DNA of 64,000 nt from Octopus sinensis (lineage: Eukaryota), in contig NC_042998.1 in assembly GCF_006345805.1 (NCBI RefSeq), forward strand, positions 25,978,001 through 26,042,000. The letters run 5' to 3'. This document shows, in pieces, positions 25,781-37,605 of this stretch. Both the position numbers and the translations under genes were made by a program. The notes under the pieces are model-generated. The model saw nothing but the letters and a program-made list of their open reading frames with translations. It did no database searches and was not told where the DNA came from. Positions within the stretch are counted from its first letter, which is position 1; each line of letters opens with the position of its first letter.

Positions 25781-26483
25781 AATATGTTACATTACTCGGT
25801 AGTCAAGATAAAACTCTGAGTTTCAGATGCTGAAGTGGAAATCCACAACACCATCTCATCGGTTATCTGGCTATTTGAAAACGCTAGGAAAAAATACCGT
25901 TAAATGAAGGGAAATTACTCTGTTATAACTCTGTCTGCCTGCGTACTTATACATCGCTTGCATTTTTCGTCATAAAAATTATATAAAAATACATAAAAAA
26001 TATATAAAAATATATATAAAAAATATATAAATTCTTCTTGGGACATAACATAGAAAGCATGTTCTATCTGTTTTCTTTAGGGGACGGAAAAGCAGCTTAG
26101 ACCCTACTACATGTCTAAATACAAGGACAGAGCTTTTCGGATCATGCCCACATGTGACTAAATTTCTGTTACGTTTTTGGTCCCCTAAAGAAAACAGATA
26201 GAACATGCTTTCTATGTTATGTCCCAAGAAGAATTTATATATTTTTATATATATTTTTATATATTTTTTATGTATTTTTATATAATTTTTATGACGAAAA
26301 ATGCGAGCGATGTATAAGTACGCAGGCAAACAGAGTTATAACAGAGTAATTTCCCTTTATTTAACGGTATTTTTTCCTAGCGTTTTCAAATAGCCAGATA
26401 ACCGATGAGATGGTGTTGTGGATTTCCACTTCGGCATCTGAAACTCAGAGTTTTATCTTGACTACCGAGTAATGTAACATATT
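25781..26483. mobile_element. Foldback element, ~302-bp near-perfect inverted arms with ~100-bp spacer
   Basis: AATATGTTACATTACTCGGTAG...TTTAGGG (25781-26082) is the reverse complement of 26183-26483 with few mismatches. Confidence 0.93.
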
Positions 26484-26575
26484 ATTGTATAGATAAATTT
26501 CCTCTATTTACATAATATTGAGGTCTCTTTCTTTCTTTTGTTATCTTACCGTTTTATCAATATATATATATATAT

Positions 26576-26735
26576 GGAGTGGTTGGCGTTAGGAAGGGCA
26601 TCCAGCTGTAGAAACATTGCCAGATAAGACTTGAGCCTGGTGCAGCCTTCTGGCTTCCCAGATCCCCGGTCGAACCATCCAACCCATGCTAGCATGGAGA
26701 ACGGACGTTAAACGATGATGATGATGATGATGATG
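26576..26735 (+). mobile_element. Family C, 5'-truncated
   Basis: core and GGACGTTAAACGATGATG tail. Confidence 0.88.
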
Positions 26736-26770
26736 ATTATTCATATATACATATATATATATACAGATAT

Positions 26771-26804
<34 letters not shown>

Positions 26805-26835
26805 CATTTATATATACATATATATATATACAGAT

Positions 26836-26875
<40 letters not shown>

Positions 26876-26877
26876 TG

Positions 26878-26995
26878 TGGCATTCCATCGGTTACGACGA
26901 CAAGGGTTCCATTTGATCCGATCAATGGAACAGCTTGCTCATGAAATTAATGTGAAAGTGGCTGAGCATTCCATAGACACATGTCTATGTGAGGA
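26878..26995 (-). mobile_element. Family D SINE 3' fragment
   Basis: GGCATTCCATCGGTTACGACGAC..GATCCGATCAATGGAACAGC matches 50184-50270 and reverse complement of 50960-51048. Confidence 0.8.
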
Positions 26996-27199
26996 GTTTT
27001 CTGGACATTTATAATGAAATAGTCTTACAGCTGTTTCTGGGATATTTTTGATATCCCTTCATCAGAGACAGTGTGAGAAAATGTTTGACTTCGAATTATT
27101 GTGGGAAAGGAGGAGATAGGGAATATAGAAGGAAATAAGAGAATGAAGGTAGAAATAAGATATATAGGGATATTGTAGTTGCAGTTTCATTATTCACTT

Positions 27200-27330
27200 T
27201 TGCCAGCTGAGTAGACTGGACCAACATGAAATGAAGTGTTTTGCTCAAGAATACAATGAGTTGCCCAGTCTAGGATTTGAAACCACAAATCTTACCCAAA
27301 CACCCTAACCTCTAAGTCATGCTCCTCCAC
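27200..27330 (-). mobile_element. Family D-like SINE 5' fragment
   Basis: GCCAGCTGAGTAGACTGGA..GTGTTTTGCTCAAG. Confidence 0.65.
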
Positions 27331-27339
27331 TTGTGGAAT

Positions 27340-28050
27340 CATCTCCATGCTGAAGTTCAGCTTCTGATGCAGTTATGGTCTTTGTTCTTGCACAAGATCT
27401 TCCAGAGTTGAACACCTTGCCGTTTGTGCATTATGAGATACGGTCAAATGGTAAGAACCAGGACAAATGTAGAATTCTTCAAAGCCGCTTGTAACAGAAT
27501 GTTGATATTGGTGAGGAAATCGAACACTGGATATAAAATGTCAGCATCACCTTTTGTCGGATGGGAGGATGAGAATGTACAGACCAAGGTCAGAGACAAC
27601 GCACCAGGCTTGTAGATGTGAAGAGTTGTTACACCTGCTGTCCTCTATAGTTTAGAAAACCAGACAAGCAACATCTCAACAATATAGAAATATACAATAT
27701 CAGAAATGCCTAACTGAAAACTTGTATATCCTGTGGCAAAACACATGGAAGAATGGCAGTATGTTCAAGCAAGCCAACATCTCCTGCATTGAAGCCTTGG
27801 TTATGTGACATCAGTTTCAGTGACTTGCCAAGTCATGTAAATTCCAGGCTAATGGTTGTCAAAACAGATGCTTTACTCAAAGTAAAATGCATTACACAAA
27901 GACAAAGGAAGAGCTTATAATAGTTACTGAAAGGAAACTTGAAAAACTGTAGCATAATTGTTGTCTATGAACAGGAATCATTGGCAATTAAAATGACCCA
28001 CCAAAAGATGACTCATCAGCGATGGTGTGAAACACTTCAACACAACCTTA
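27340..28050 (+). mobile_element. RTE-like LINE fragment, decayed
   Basis: frameshifted peptides NVDIGEEIEHWI, VVTPAVLYSLE, ILWQN..KQANISCIEALVM*HQ, SKQMLYSK, LKGNLKNCSI in RTE RT C-terminal order. Confidence 0.75.
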
Positions 28051-28296
28051 AGTAAAACATCTCAACTATAAAAAGAAGCATAATGTTATTTATTTTATTC
28101 ATCTCAGATTGTGAAAACAGAATATAAGGAAGTGTACCAAATTCCACAAGGCATTTTATCTGATGTTGACTGATTCTTCTGACCCATAGTCTTTGAACCA
28201 AAGACAGATGTTCTAATTGGGCAAGCCTTCTTCAAATAGCAGTCACATCTCTCTCAAATTACTCCATGTCTTAATAAAATGCAAAGATCATTATCT

Positions 28297-28530
28297 ATTT
28301 CTTTACTACCCACAAGGGGCTAAACACAGAGAGGACAAACAAGGACAGACAAATGGATTAAGTCGATTATATCGACACCAGTGCGTAACTGGTACTTATT
28401 TAATCAACCCTCAAAGAATTAAAGGCAAAGTCAACCTCGACGGAATTTGAACTCAGAACGTAACAGCAGACGAAATACCGCTAAGCATCATGCCCGGCAT
28501 ACTAATGACTCTGCCAGTTTGCTGCCTTAA
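28297..28530 (-). mobile_element. Family B SINE
   Basis: TATTTCTTTACTACCCACAAGGGGCTAAAC tail through CTGCCAGTTTGCTGCC head. Confidence 0.9.
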
Positions 28531-28792
28531 AAACATCATTATCATTATTATCGTTTAATGTCTGACTTCCCTGTTGGCATAGGTGGGATACATCAGACAA
28601 TATCATCTTAGATATTCAAAGCAATAGAAGGGTCACATCTGAAGTGTCTTTTATGTTTCAAGCTACACAGCCAGGACTGACCCAGAACTAAACTCTACCA
28701 ACAACACATCATTTTGTTTGATTTCTATCATAACATTTGCAGACAAATGTGTATCTCATTATTCTACCTAAATTTACCAATATTTATGTATG

Positions 28793-29180
28793 TACTTTAC
28801 TTGTACTTGTGACGGCGTTCACCCAGGGCGGGTTGAGCCGGCTTCTTCTCTCGTAGCAGAAGTTTTGTGGGAATATTGAATTCACAAGCAGTCCCCGACA
28901 TCCTGCATGAATATCCCGAGTGACGGGACGCCCTGTTTGCCACGGAGTCTCCACAGACGCAGGGGCAGAATGATCTCGAAGCCACCGGTTACTGATCAGA
29001 TGCCTCTTGGAATTTTCACCAGAGCCCTGTTGGCCAGGCTGCAGCCCTAATACCGCTTGGTGCCAGACCAATCCGCCTTGGGTGGGCCTACCAGGAACCG
29101 AAGTTCCCGACAGCATAGCTCTGACACTGCCTGTTTACACTACCCTACCGTTTTGAGGAGGGGTTGGACTTTAGGGTAGC
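28793..29180 (-). mobile_element. GC/CpG-rich retroposon-like insert with (CAAGTA)n-type tail, family unassigned
   Basis: sharp compositional contrast; minus strand ends CACAAGTACAAGTAAAGTA; flanks share ATATTTAT..G(T/A)ATG (possible TSD). Confidence 0.55.
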
Positions 29181-29649
29181 ATATTTATTTATTTATGAAT
29201 GTCCTAAAATATATTTCAAATAACATTGAACATGTCCACCAAGATGAGTTCTAGGTGCTGACAAGTGTTATTTAGGAGACCATTATCACACATATTCCTT
29301 GGCACCAAAAGCATTAGAAAGAATTACTGATCCTGCTTTGTTCTCTGCACATTATTTGAAACTCTAATCCTTTCACTAAAGAACATTGACAAGCCTCTCT
29401 CCTAGCTGAAAACTGGCTTCTCTTTTACCAAACTGACATTGTTCCTTACTCCCTGATTTCTTCCTTTCTTTTCAGACCTGTTTCTTAGTTTTTACTCCTT
29501 TATCTACCAAACCATTCCACTATCATGTCACCTTTTGTCAAACTCAAACTTTACTCTCAGTTACAAATCTTTTAAAATTCTCCTCCTTCCCATTATACAT
29601 ACCAACATGAACTTCTTTGAATCTAGAGGAATATTTCAGTTTCCACACC

Positions 29650-30425
29650 TCAAGTTTGCCTTGTCTTTGAGTTTGTCTTGTCTCCAAGTTTACCTTGTTT
29701 CTAAGTTTGTCTTGTCTCTGAGCTTGTCTTGTCTTTGAGTTTGTCTTGTCTCCCAGTTTGTCTTGTCTCCCAGTTTGTTTTGTCTCCCAGTTTGTTTTGT
29801 CTCCCTGTTTGTTTTGTCTCCCAGTTTGTCTTGTCTCCCAGTTTATTTTGTCTCCCAGTTTGTTTTGTCTCCCAGTTTGTTTTGTCTCCCAGTTTGTCTT
29901 GTCTCCCAGTTTGTCTTGTCTCCCAGTCTGTCTTCTCTCCCAGTCTGTCTTGTCTCCCAGTTTGTCTTGTCTCTCAGTCTGTCTTGTCTCCCAGTTTGTC
30001 TTGTCTCCCAGTCTGTCTTGTCTCCCAGTCTGTCTTGTCTCCCAGTCTGTCTTGTCTCCCAGTTTGTCTTGTCTCCCAGTCTGTCTTGTCTCCCAGTTTG
30101 TCTTGTCTCCCAGTTTGTTTTGTCTCCCAGTCTGTCTTGTTCCCAGTCTGTCTTGTCTCCCAGTTTGTCTTGTCTCCCAGTTTGTCTTGTCTCCCAGTCT
30201 GTCTTGTCTCCCAGTCTGTCTTGTCTCCCAGTTTGTCTTGTCTCCCAGTTTGTCTTGTCTCCCAGTCTGTCTTGTCACCCAGTTTGTCTTGTCTTCCAGT
30301 CTGGCTTGTCTCCCAGTCTGTCTTGTCTCCTAGTCTGTCTTGTCTCCCAATTTGTCTTGTCTCCCAGCTTGTCTTGTCTCCCAGTCTGTCTTGTCTCCAA
30401 GTCTGTCTTGTCTCCAAGTTTGTCT
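29650..30425. repeat. 17-bp minisatellite (consensus CCCAGT(T/C)TGTCTTGTCT), ~45 units
   Basis: unit visible directly; translations repeat every 17 aa in all frames, consistent with a 17-nt period. Confidence 0.95.
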
Positions 30426-31065
30426 TATCCTTATCCTAACTTCAAAAGTCACAAGTGAATTCCCAGAGAAAATTCAATACCTACAACTTGTTGCCAATTC
30501 TGTGTTCTGATGAATATGAAGTGTGTCTGGTTTGCCTGATTGGTACATGACTAGGTGACTGTCATGTTTATTGGAGCCAGAAATGCATAGATCTTCATCT
30601 CACCTCATCCCTTGCACCATATTTATAACATCCACGAATGTTAAAACACATATTTAACCTATTATTGTATTTATCTAGGGTTCATAAATGAAGCCATTCT
30701 TCATATAGGAGAATATAAATGTATGTACACATGCATGAAAAAACAGAGAGAAGAGGTGAGTATGTGTATACATATGGGGAAGTATGCATGGGGATATGTG
30801 TGAGTGTACATATAGAGTGTGTGTGACATTATATGTGTTTATGTATATGTATGTGTTCTTCCTAACATATATTCACCTTATTCTTTATCAGGATAGATAA
30901 AATTACTTATTTCTTTCCTAAAATAGTCTTTTTGTCTGTCACTTGAACACGGGTTGTTAGCTCATTTCATTTATTTTAGTTTTAGATAAATATATAAAGT
31001 GAAATGCAAATATTAACTGAATCAAGATCTATATAATAATGTGTGTGTATCTAAATTTAAATATT

Positions 31066-31069
31066 CTAC

Positions 31070-31139
<70 letters not shown>

Positions 31140-31181
31140 TATATACATGTATATATACATGTATATATATATATATATGTA

Positions 31182-31216
<35 letters not shown>

Positions 31217-31260
31217 GCATATATACTTACATACACACACACACACACATACACACACAC
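31066..31260. repeat. (TA)n/(CA)n microsatellite
   Basis: direct inspection. Confidence 0.93.
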
Positions 31261-31827
31261 GAAATATTTTTATTTTTTATATTTTTTTATTTTTTTGTCA
31301 GTAAATGTCTACTTTTAAATACAATAGTAGTTTTAATCTTGTCTGTGTTTTCTTAGCTGGAATTAAGATTAAATATCAATTTATCATATTCCTACTAAAC
31401 CAGAAGTGACTTATGATGTAAAATTAGACAACGAAAAAGAAAATAATAATATATTATCTGATGGTTATATCAGAAAATTTATACCTTTAACAGAATTGAT
31501 CTTGACAACTTATGGCAGTTTATACTTCAACAAGAGGAAGAATGAAAATATCTCTGCCAAATTTAATCATAAATAAAATTTAGATTAATCCACTCAACTC
31601 TGCAAAAGTGAAGACAAATTATATCCAAATCACAATTTACATTTCCACAATATTATTAATCTCGCCAACAATAAAACTATTCTGAAAACTACAAATTGTA
31701 TGATGTTGTAAAATTGCTTAATTCTTTTGTTAGAAAGTAACGTATAAACACTTCAAATATGATGTCAATTATACAGAGTTAATAGATGGAAAATATTTTA
31801 GCTGTTTCATAATAGATACTCTAAGTC

Positions 31828-32059
31828 TAGGCGTAGGAGTGGCTGTGTGGTAAGTAGCTTGCTCACCAACCACATCGTGCCGGGTTCAGTCCCACTGCGT
31901 GGCACCTTGCGCAAGTGTCTTCTACTATAGCCTCGGGCCGACTAAAGCTTTGTGAGTAGATTTGGTAGACGGAAACTGAAAGAAGCCCGTCGTATATATG
32001 TATATATATATATGTCTTTCTTTGTTTGATTTGCATAATAGTGGTTTTGTCTCTAATTT

Positions 32060-32113
<54 letters not shown>

Positions 32114-32343
32114 ATGTATATATGTCTGTATGTCTGTGTGTCTGTGTTTGTCCCCCCAACATCGCTTGACAACCGATGCTGGTGTGTTTACGTCCCCATA
32201 ACTTAGGGGTTTGGCAAAAGAGACCGATAGAATAAGTACTAGGCTCTCAAAGAATAAGTCCTGGGGTCGATTCGTTCAACTAAAAAAGGTCGTGCTCCAG
32301 CATGGCCACAGTCAAATGGCTGAAACAAGTAAAAGAAAAAGAG
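31828..32343 (+). mobile_element. Family A SINE with expanded internal tract
   Basis: full head and tail; extra sequence within internal (TA)(TG) region. Confidence 0.9.
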
Positions 32344-32984
32344 AAAGTGTCTATTATCCAATAGTGCAAAGAATTGCTTAATAAATAATGTCAGATGCTA
32401 TCATCATTTCCAATAGGGTTTCCTTAGTCACTAAACCTTTAGAAATACAGTCGTTTCTAAGTCAAAGAATTGATTCAAGTACTAAACACTATTATTAGTA
32501 CCACATCTATTTTTTTCCTGATTTTCTCATATATATTCAAGTCATTTAAATAATCTCGGATTTCAAAAGAGCACATCAAGACACAATGAATAAATGTGAA
32601 AGGCATTTATGAATTTATGAATACATGTGAGATGTTAATATTTATATTTTTTTGTTGTCCTTCTAATAATTTGGCAATCAAAAGTATTTGAAAAATGTCA
32701 TTCTTTGTATTTTATTCCAACTCTTTTGTAAAGCGTTACATAATACTTCATAATTTTTCATTCTATACTTTCAGATGTACAATTTTTGTTAACATACAAA
32801 GCCATGAATTAATAAAGTCTAATTGCTTACCAAACAATCAGTCTTTGTCTTTCAACAAAACAATACCATGTATTTATATATATATATGCATGCATCTGTT
32901 TGTGTGGGCGTGTGTACACACACTTGTGCATGCACACACACACACACACATTGTTTTAAAACCTTATAACCATTATCTTTACTT

Positions 32985-33218
32985 TTCGTTTTTGGATTTG
33001 GTTTGCAAGATTCTTTATATGAGTTTGTGTGTTGAAGCATATACTGTTGTGTCTGGGGAGAGTCATTTTCTTTTTGTGCCTTATTATTTAACACACTCAC
33101 CGGTAAAATTTCCACTTATTTCTTAGGAAAATAAAAATAAGAAAAAAAGTGAAAATTTTACCGGTGAGTGTGTTACATTATAAGGCACAAAAAGAAAATG
33201 ACTCTCCCCAGACACAAC
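32985..33218. mobile_element. Dispersed repeat as tight hairpin (arms 33046-33116 and 33148-33218)
   Basis: 71-bp arms, 31-bp spacer. Confidence 0.88.
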
Positions 33219-33295
33219 TGAAAAGAATGCTTTTAACAAGAAAAAAAAAAGAAAATTAAATGATAGTATTGTAGTTGCGGGTGGGCCCCTTTAGT

Positions 33296-33665
33296 CTAGC
33301 ATGGGTTGGACGAATGACTGAAGGCTGGTGAACCAGATGGCTGCACCAGGCTTCAATCTTGATCTGGCAGAGTTTCTACAGCTGGATGCTCTTCCTAACG
33401 CCAACCACTCCGAGAGTGTAGTAGGTGCTTTTACGTACCACTGGCACTGGCAACGACTTCACTCCACATGCCACCAGCACAGGTGCCAGTAAGGCGATGC
33501 TGGTAACAATCACGCTCGAATGGTGTATTTACGTGCCACCGGCACGAAGGCCAGATAGCCGCTCTGGCAACGATCACGCTCGGATGATGCTCTTGATACC
33601 CTACTAGCACGGGGCTCGAGTGCCAGTAAGGCGACGCTGGTAATGATCACGCTCAAATGGTGCCT
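33296..33665 (-). mobile_element. Family C element
   Basis: core GGATGCTCTTCCTAACGCCAACC and modules. Confidence 0.88.
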
Positions 33666-33971
33666 TTTGTACTAAACAATTTCAAGTAATTACCCACTCA
33701 AATCTAGTTTATCTAAAGTTCTGGTATCGGAGTTCACAACATACAATTTCACTCACTGAATAGCCGTGAATAATTAACTGCACCCTTTATGTCTAGCAAG
33801 CAAGATTATTCCTTTTAATTTTGCTTCGTTTTAATCATAGCTGCTTAGAACTATTTCTATTTAAGCAAAATAGGACTTACAAAAGAAAACCAGAAATAAT
33901 ACAAAGGAAATCAAGAGAACTCCGTGATGCACGGAATTTTGTCAGTGAACAGGTCACAGTCTCAAAGCGAC

Positions 33972-34333
33972 GAAAATATTTTGACAAATTAAATTTAAAT
34001 GTTGGAGTGAATCTAATGAATTTTGAGTGTTTCTTAAACGGCTTATAAACACCTTCCATGCTGCAATTGTTTTCGTTCCAGCACACGATCTCAGATCAGG
34101 CCACTTGCTATGCAAGTGCAGCTCCCTAATCCTACAAATTAGAATCATTGAAAATATTTTGACAAATTAATTTTAATTGTTGAAGTGAATCTAACGGATT
34201 TTGGGTGTTACTTAAACGGCTTATAAACAACTTCCATGCTGCAATGGTTTTTGTTCCAGCACACGATTTCAGATCAGGTCACTTGCTATGCAAGTACATC
34301 TCCCTAATCCTACAAATTAGAATCATTGAAAAT
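33972..34333. repeat. Tandem duplication, 178-bp unit x2
   Basis: GAAAAT unit starts at 33972, 34150, 34328; units visibly similar throughout. Confidence 0.9.
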
Positions 34334-35008
34334 TGGAAATCAAAATATTTTTATAAGCGGTGGAGCAACAGGGTCAGGAATGGAAGACATAAATAGTGTG
34401 AGGGTAGAAATCGTAAGCCCTTATCGATAAGAGTTTCTGTTTTAGTAAAAGGAAAATATAGAAAAGAATGAGAATTTATGATACTAACTGGAAATGCTAT
34501 CATTAAATCTAACATCAAGTTCAGTTTCGTATGGATGTCATTAAGAATAAATTTAAATATCACTTAAGTTAATATATATTTGTATTATAAGTCCATGGTA
34601 CATTGGATAAATTAATTGGAATCATGCAGGTAATAAATGTATGGGAATTTACACCTGATAATGTACAGAATATAAACAGAATAGGAAGTAAACAGCAGGA
34701 TCCAAGTAAACTGTAAACTCTAAACTGGTGATGGTTTGTGTTAGTAATTAGTGAGTAGAAACAGTTCATAAAGGGTGGGGGTTAAGTGGTTTGTCATGGG
34801 AGCCCTGCTACTGGAAATAAAGTTTAATTCTTGTATACTCAAATGACAAAAGTTGTGGATGTTTTGAATTTAAAACTCTTCATCAGATGAGACAAGCATA
34901 CTAATATGCAAGAGACAAATAAGGACAAGGGTTTTTCCCAAGACACACCCTGATGAAGTGAACATCTAGCTTGCTAAGACTCATTTCAATAAGAAACAGA
35001 AACCGACT

Positions 35009-35721
35009 TTAACCCTTTCATTACTGTAATTTATTTTGAGATGCTCCGTGTTTCTTTCAGTTACTTTAAATATAGCTAAGAATTTAGTAAAACAACTTAG
35101 TAATTATTCAGCTAGTATTAGGAACATAAATCATGACTAAGGATTGGTGGAAGATTTTAATTCAAAACATATGAAAACAAGACATTTGTACTACAGAACC
35201 AGAGGCGGTTTCAGCTGGGTTGGTAACAAAAGGGTTAAACTAATCATTTGTTAACCCTTTTGTTACCATATTTCTGTTGAGATGCTCTGTGTTTCTTTCA
35301 ATTACTTTAAATATAACAAAGAATTTAGTAAAATAACTTATTTATCATTAATCTAGTGTTAGGAACATAAATTGTGACTAAGGTTTGGTGGAAGACTTTA
35401 ACTGAGAACTTTTGAAATCAAGACATTTGTACTACAGAGCCAGTGGCAGTTTCAGGTGGGTAGGTATCAAAAGGGTTAAATTAATCATTTGTTGACCCTT
35501 TTGTTGCCATATTTCTGTTGAGATGCTCTGTGTTTCTTTCAATTAATTTTAAATATAACAAAGAATTTAGTAAAATAACTTATTTATCATTAAGCTGGCT
35601 TTAGGAACATAAATTGTGACTAAGGTTTTATGGAAGATTTTAATCAAAAACATATGAAAACAAGACATTTGTACTACAGAACCAAAGACAGTTTCAGTCC
35701 GGTTGATAACGAAATGGTTAA
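35009..35721. mobile_element. Three tandem piggyBac-like MITE copies (~241-bp period)
   Basis: TTAACCCTTT...AAAGGGTTAA units at 35009-35238, 35251-35479, 35492-35721 separated by A(C/T)TAATCATTTG. Confidence 0.9.
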
Positions 35722-36146
35722 ACTTGCTTTTTGTTTTGGCAAGAAGGTTGTTCAAGTCGTCAGTTTTGTATCCATTTGTTCAGTATTAGACTGTTTGCAG
35801 CATACATCCTGCATTGTTGTACTGACCTACTTCCTACACAGTATAAGCCCATTGCATGAAATATATGTTATCTACAATATAGATTGAAACATTGTGTTAT
35901 TCAAAACAATTACCAAAAACATGATGCTATCAGTTTGGGATATTTTATCTTTCACTTTTAGCCACTATCTCCTCCAAGATTCAGACTTTGATATTTTTTC
36001 GTTTCATTTGGTATACTAAATAATGCATTTATAGTCGAGTCCAGTTTGTCATGTCTCTATACTAAGGATAACTGAAGTGTTTACACACTTCAGAGGCCCT
36101 GAGCAATGTTATGGGATCTTCCCTTCCTCTTCTGGTTAAGTCTATA

Positions 36147-36510
36147 CTCTCTTTACTCTTTTACTTGTTTCAGTCATTTGATTGTGGCCATGCTGGAGCA
36201 CTGCATTTAGTCGAGCAAATCAACCTCAGGACTTATTCTTTGGAAGCCTAGTACTTATTCTATCAGTCTCTTTTGCCGAGCCACTAAGTTACGGGGATGT
36301 AAACACTCCAGCATCGGTTGTCAAGCGATGTTGGGGGGACAAACACAGACACACAAACATATACACACACATACATATATACATATATATGATGGGCTTC
36401 TTTCAGTTTCCGTCTACCAAATTCACTCACTAGGTTTTGGTTGGCCTGTGGCTATAGTAGAAGGCACTTGCCCAAGGTGCCATGCAGTGGGACTGAACCT
36501 GGAACCATGA
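36147..36510 (-). mobile_element. Family A SINE, 5'-truncated
   Basis: tail ACTCTTTTACTTGTTTCAGTC and body. Confidence 0.88.
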
Positions 36511-36734
36511 TATTTTAAAACCCAAAATTTAGATATACAGGTACTTATTGCATTAAAAAGAGTTGAAATGCATTCATTAGAAAGAACCCACTTATACAAT
36601 GACTTCATCACTGACAAGGGACTTCATTTATTTACTTCATATACATAAGCAAATACGAGAGCGCCTGTATGGTTGCTTGACTTGCTAGAAACAGCAACCA
36701 AATATCCCTTAAATCACACCTAAAATAATCCTAG

Positions 36735-36928
36735 GGCCTAAAATTTGGGGGAGGGGATAGTTGATTACATTACTCCCAGTACTCAATTGGTACTTAATTT
36801 ATCGAGCCCAAAAGGATGAAAGGCAAAGTCGACCTCGGCAGAATTTGAACTCAGAATGTAGCAGCAGACGATATACCAGTAAGCAGTTCACCCGGCATGC
36901 TAACGATTCTGGCCGCTCGCTGCCTTGA
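36735..36928 (-). mobile_element. Family B variant
   Basis: AAAGGCAAAGTCGACCTCGGCAGAATTTGAACTCAG. Confidence 0.82.
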
Positions 36929-37179
36929 TTGCATCTAAAATAATAAAAGGCATTACTGGATGATGTAATTGCCGATATCCCAAAAAAGTCATAGTTGGAA
37001 TACCTTTGAGTATTGGTCTGTTCAATTAGAGTTGACCTGTAGCAAAACAATAACGACATCTATTCCTCTTATATAGACGCTTGACAGCTCTCATGATTTA
37101 TTCCTTAATATCTCAGACAAAGAGAGGGGAGAGAGAGAGAGAGAGCACCCTATCTTTATCATTTATCTCTATCAAATAT

Positions 37180-37342
37180 AGGTGCAGGCGCAGTTGTGTG
37201 GTAAGTAGCTCGCTCCCCAACCACATGATTCCGGGTTCATTCCCACTGCGTGGCACCTTGGGCAAGTGTCTTCTACTATAGCTTCGGGCCGACCAAAGCC
37301 TTGTGAGTGGTTTTGCTAGACGGAATCTGAAAGGAGCCCGTC

Positions 37343-37381
<39 letters not shown>

Positions 37382-37605
37382 TTATACATGTATATGTTTA
37401 TGTGTATGTGTTTGTTCCCCCACCATTGCTTGACAACTGATATTGGTGTGTTTACATCCCTGTAACTTAGTGGTTCAGCAAAAGTGACTGATGAAATAGT
37501 ACTAGGCTTACAAAGAATAAGTCCTGGGGTCGATTTGTTCGCCTAAAGGCGGTGCTCCAGCATGGCCACAGTCAAATGACTGAAACAAACAAAAGAATAA
37601 AAAAA
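37180..37605 (+). mobile_element. Family A SINE
   Basis: full head to tail. Confidence 0.9.

Noticed and set aside
29650-30425. CRISPR-like array
   Set aside because: No unique spacers; contiguous tandem units in eukaryotic-type DNA. The 30-bp tandem at 17271 fails for the same reason.
29544-30458. ORFs of 147-244 aa in five frames
   Set aside because: Products of a 17-bp tandem repeat that lacks stop codons; open on both strands and in several frames, so not evidence of coding.
34857-34894. Possible hammerhead ribozyme (CTGATGA...CAAAAC on minus strand)
   Set aside because: GAAA core is mutated, stem II closing pair mismatches and no convincing stem I/III.
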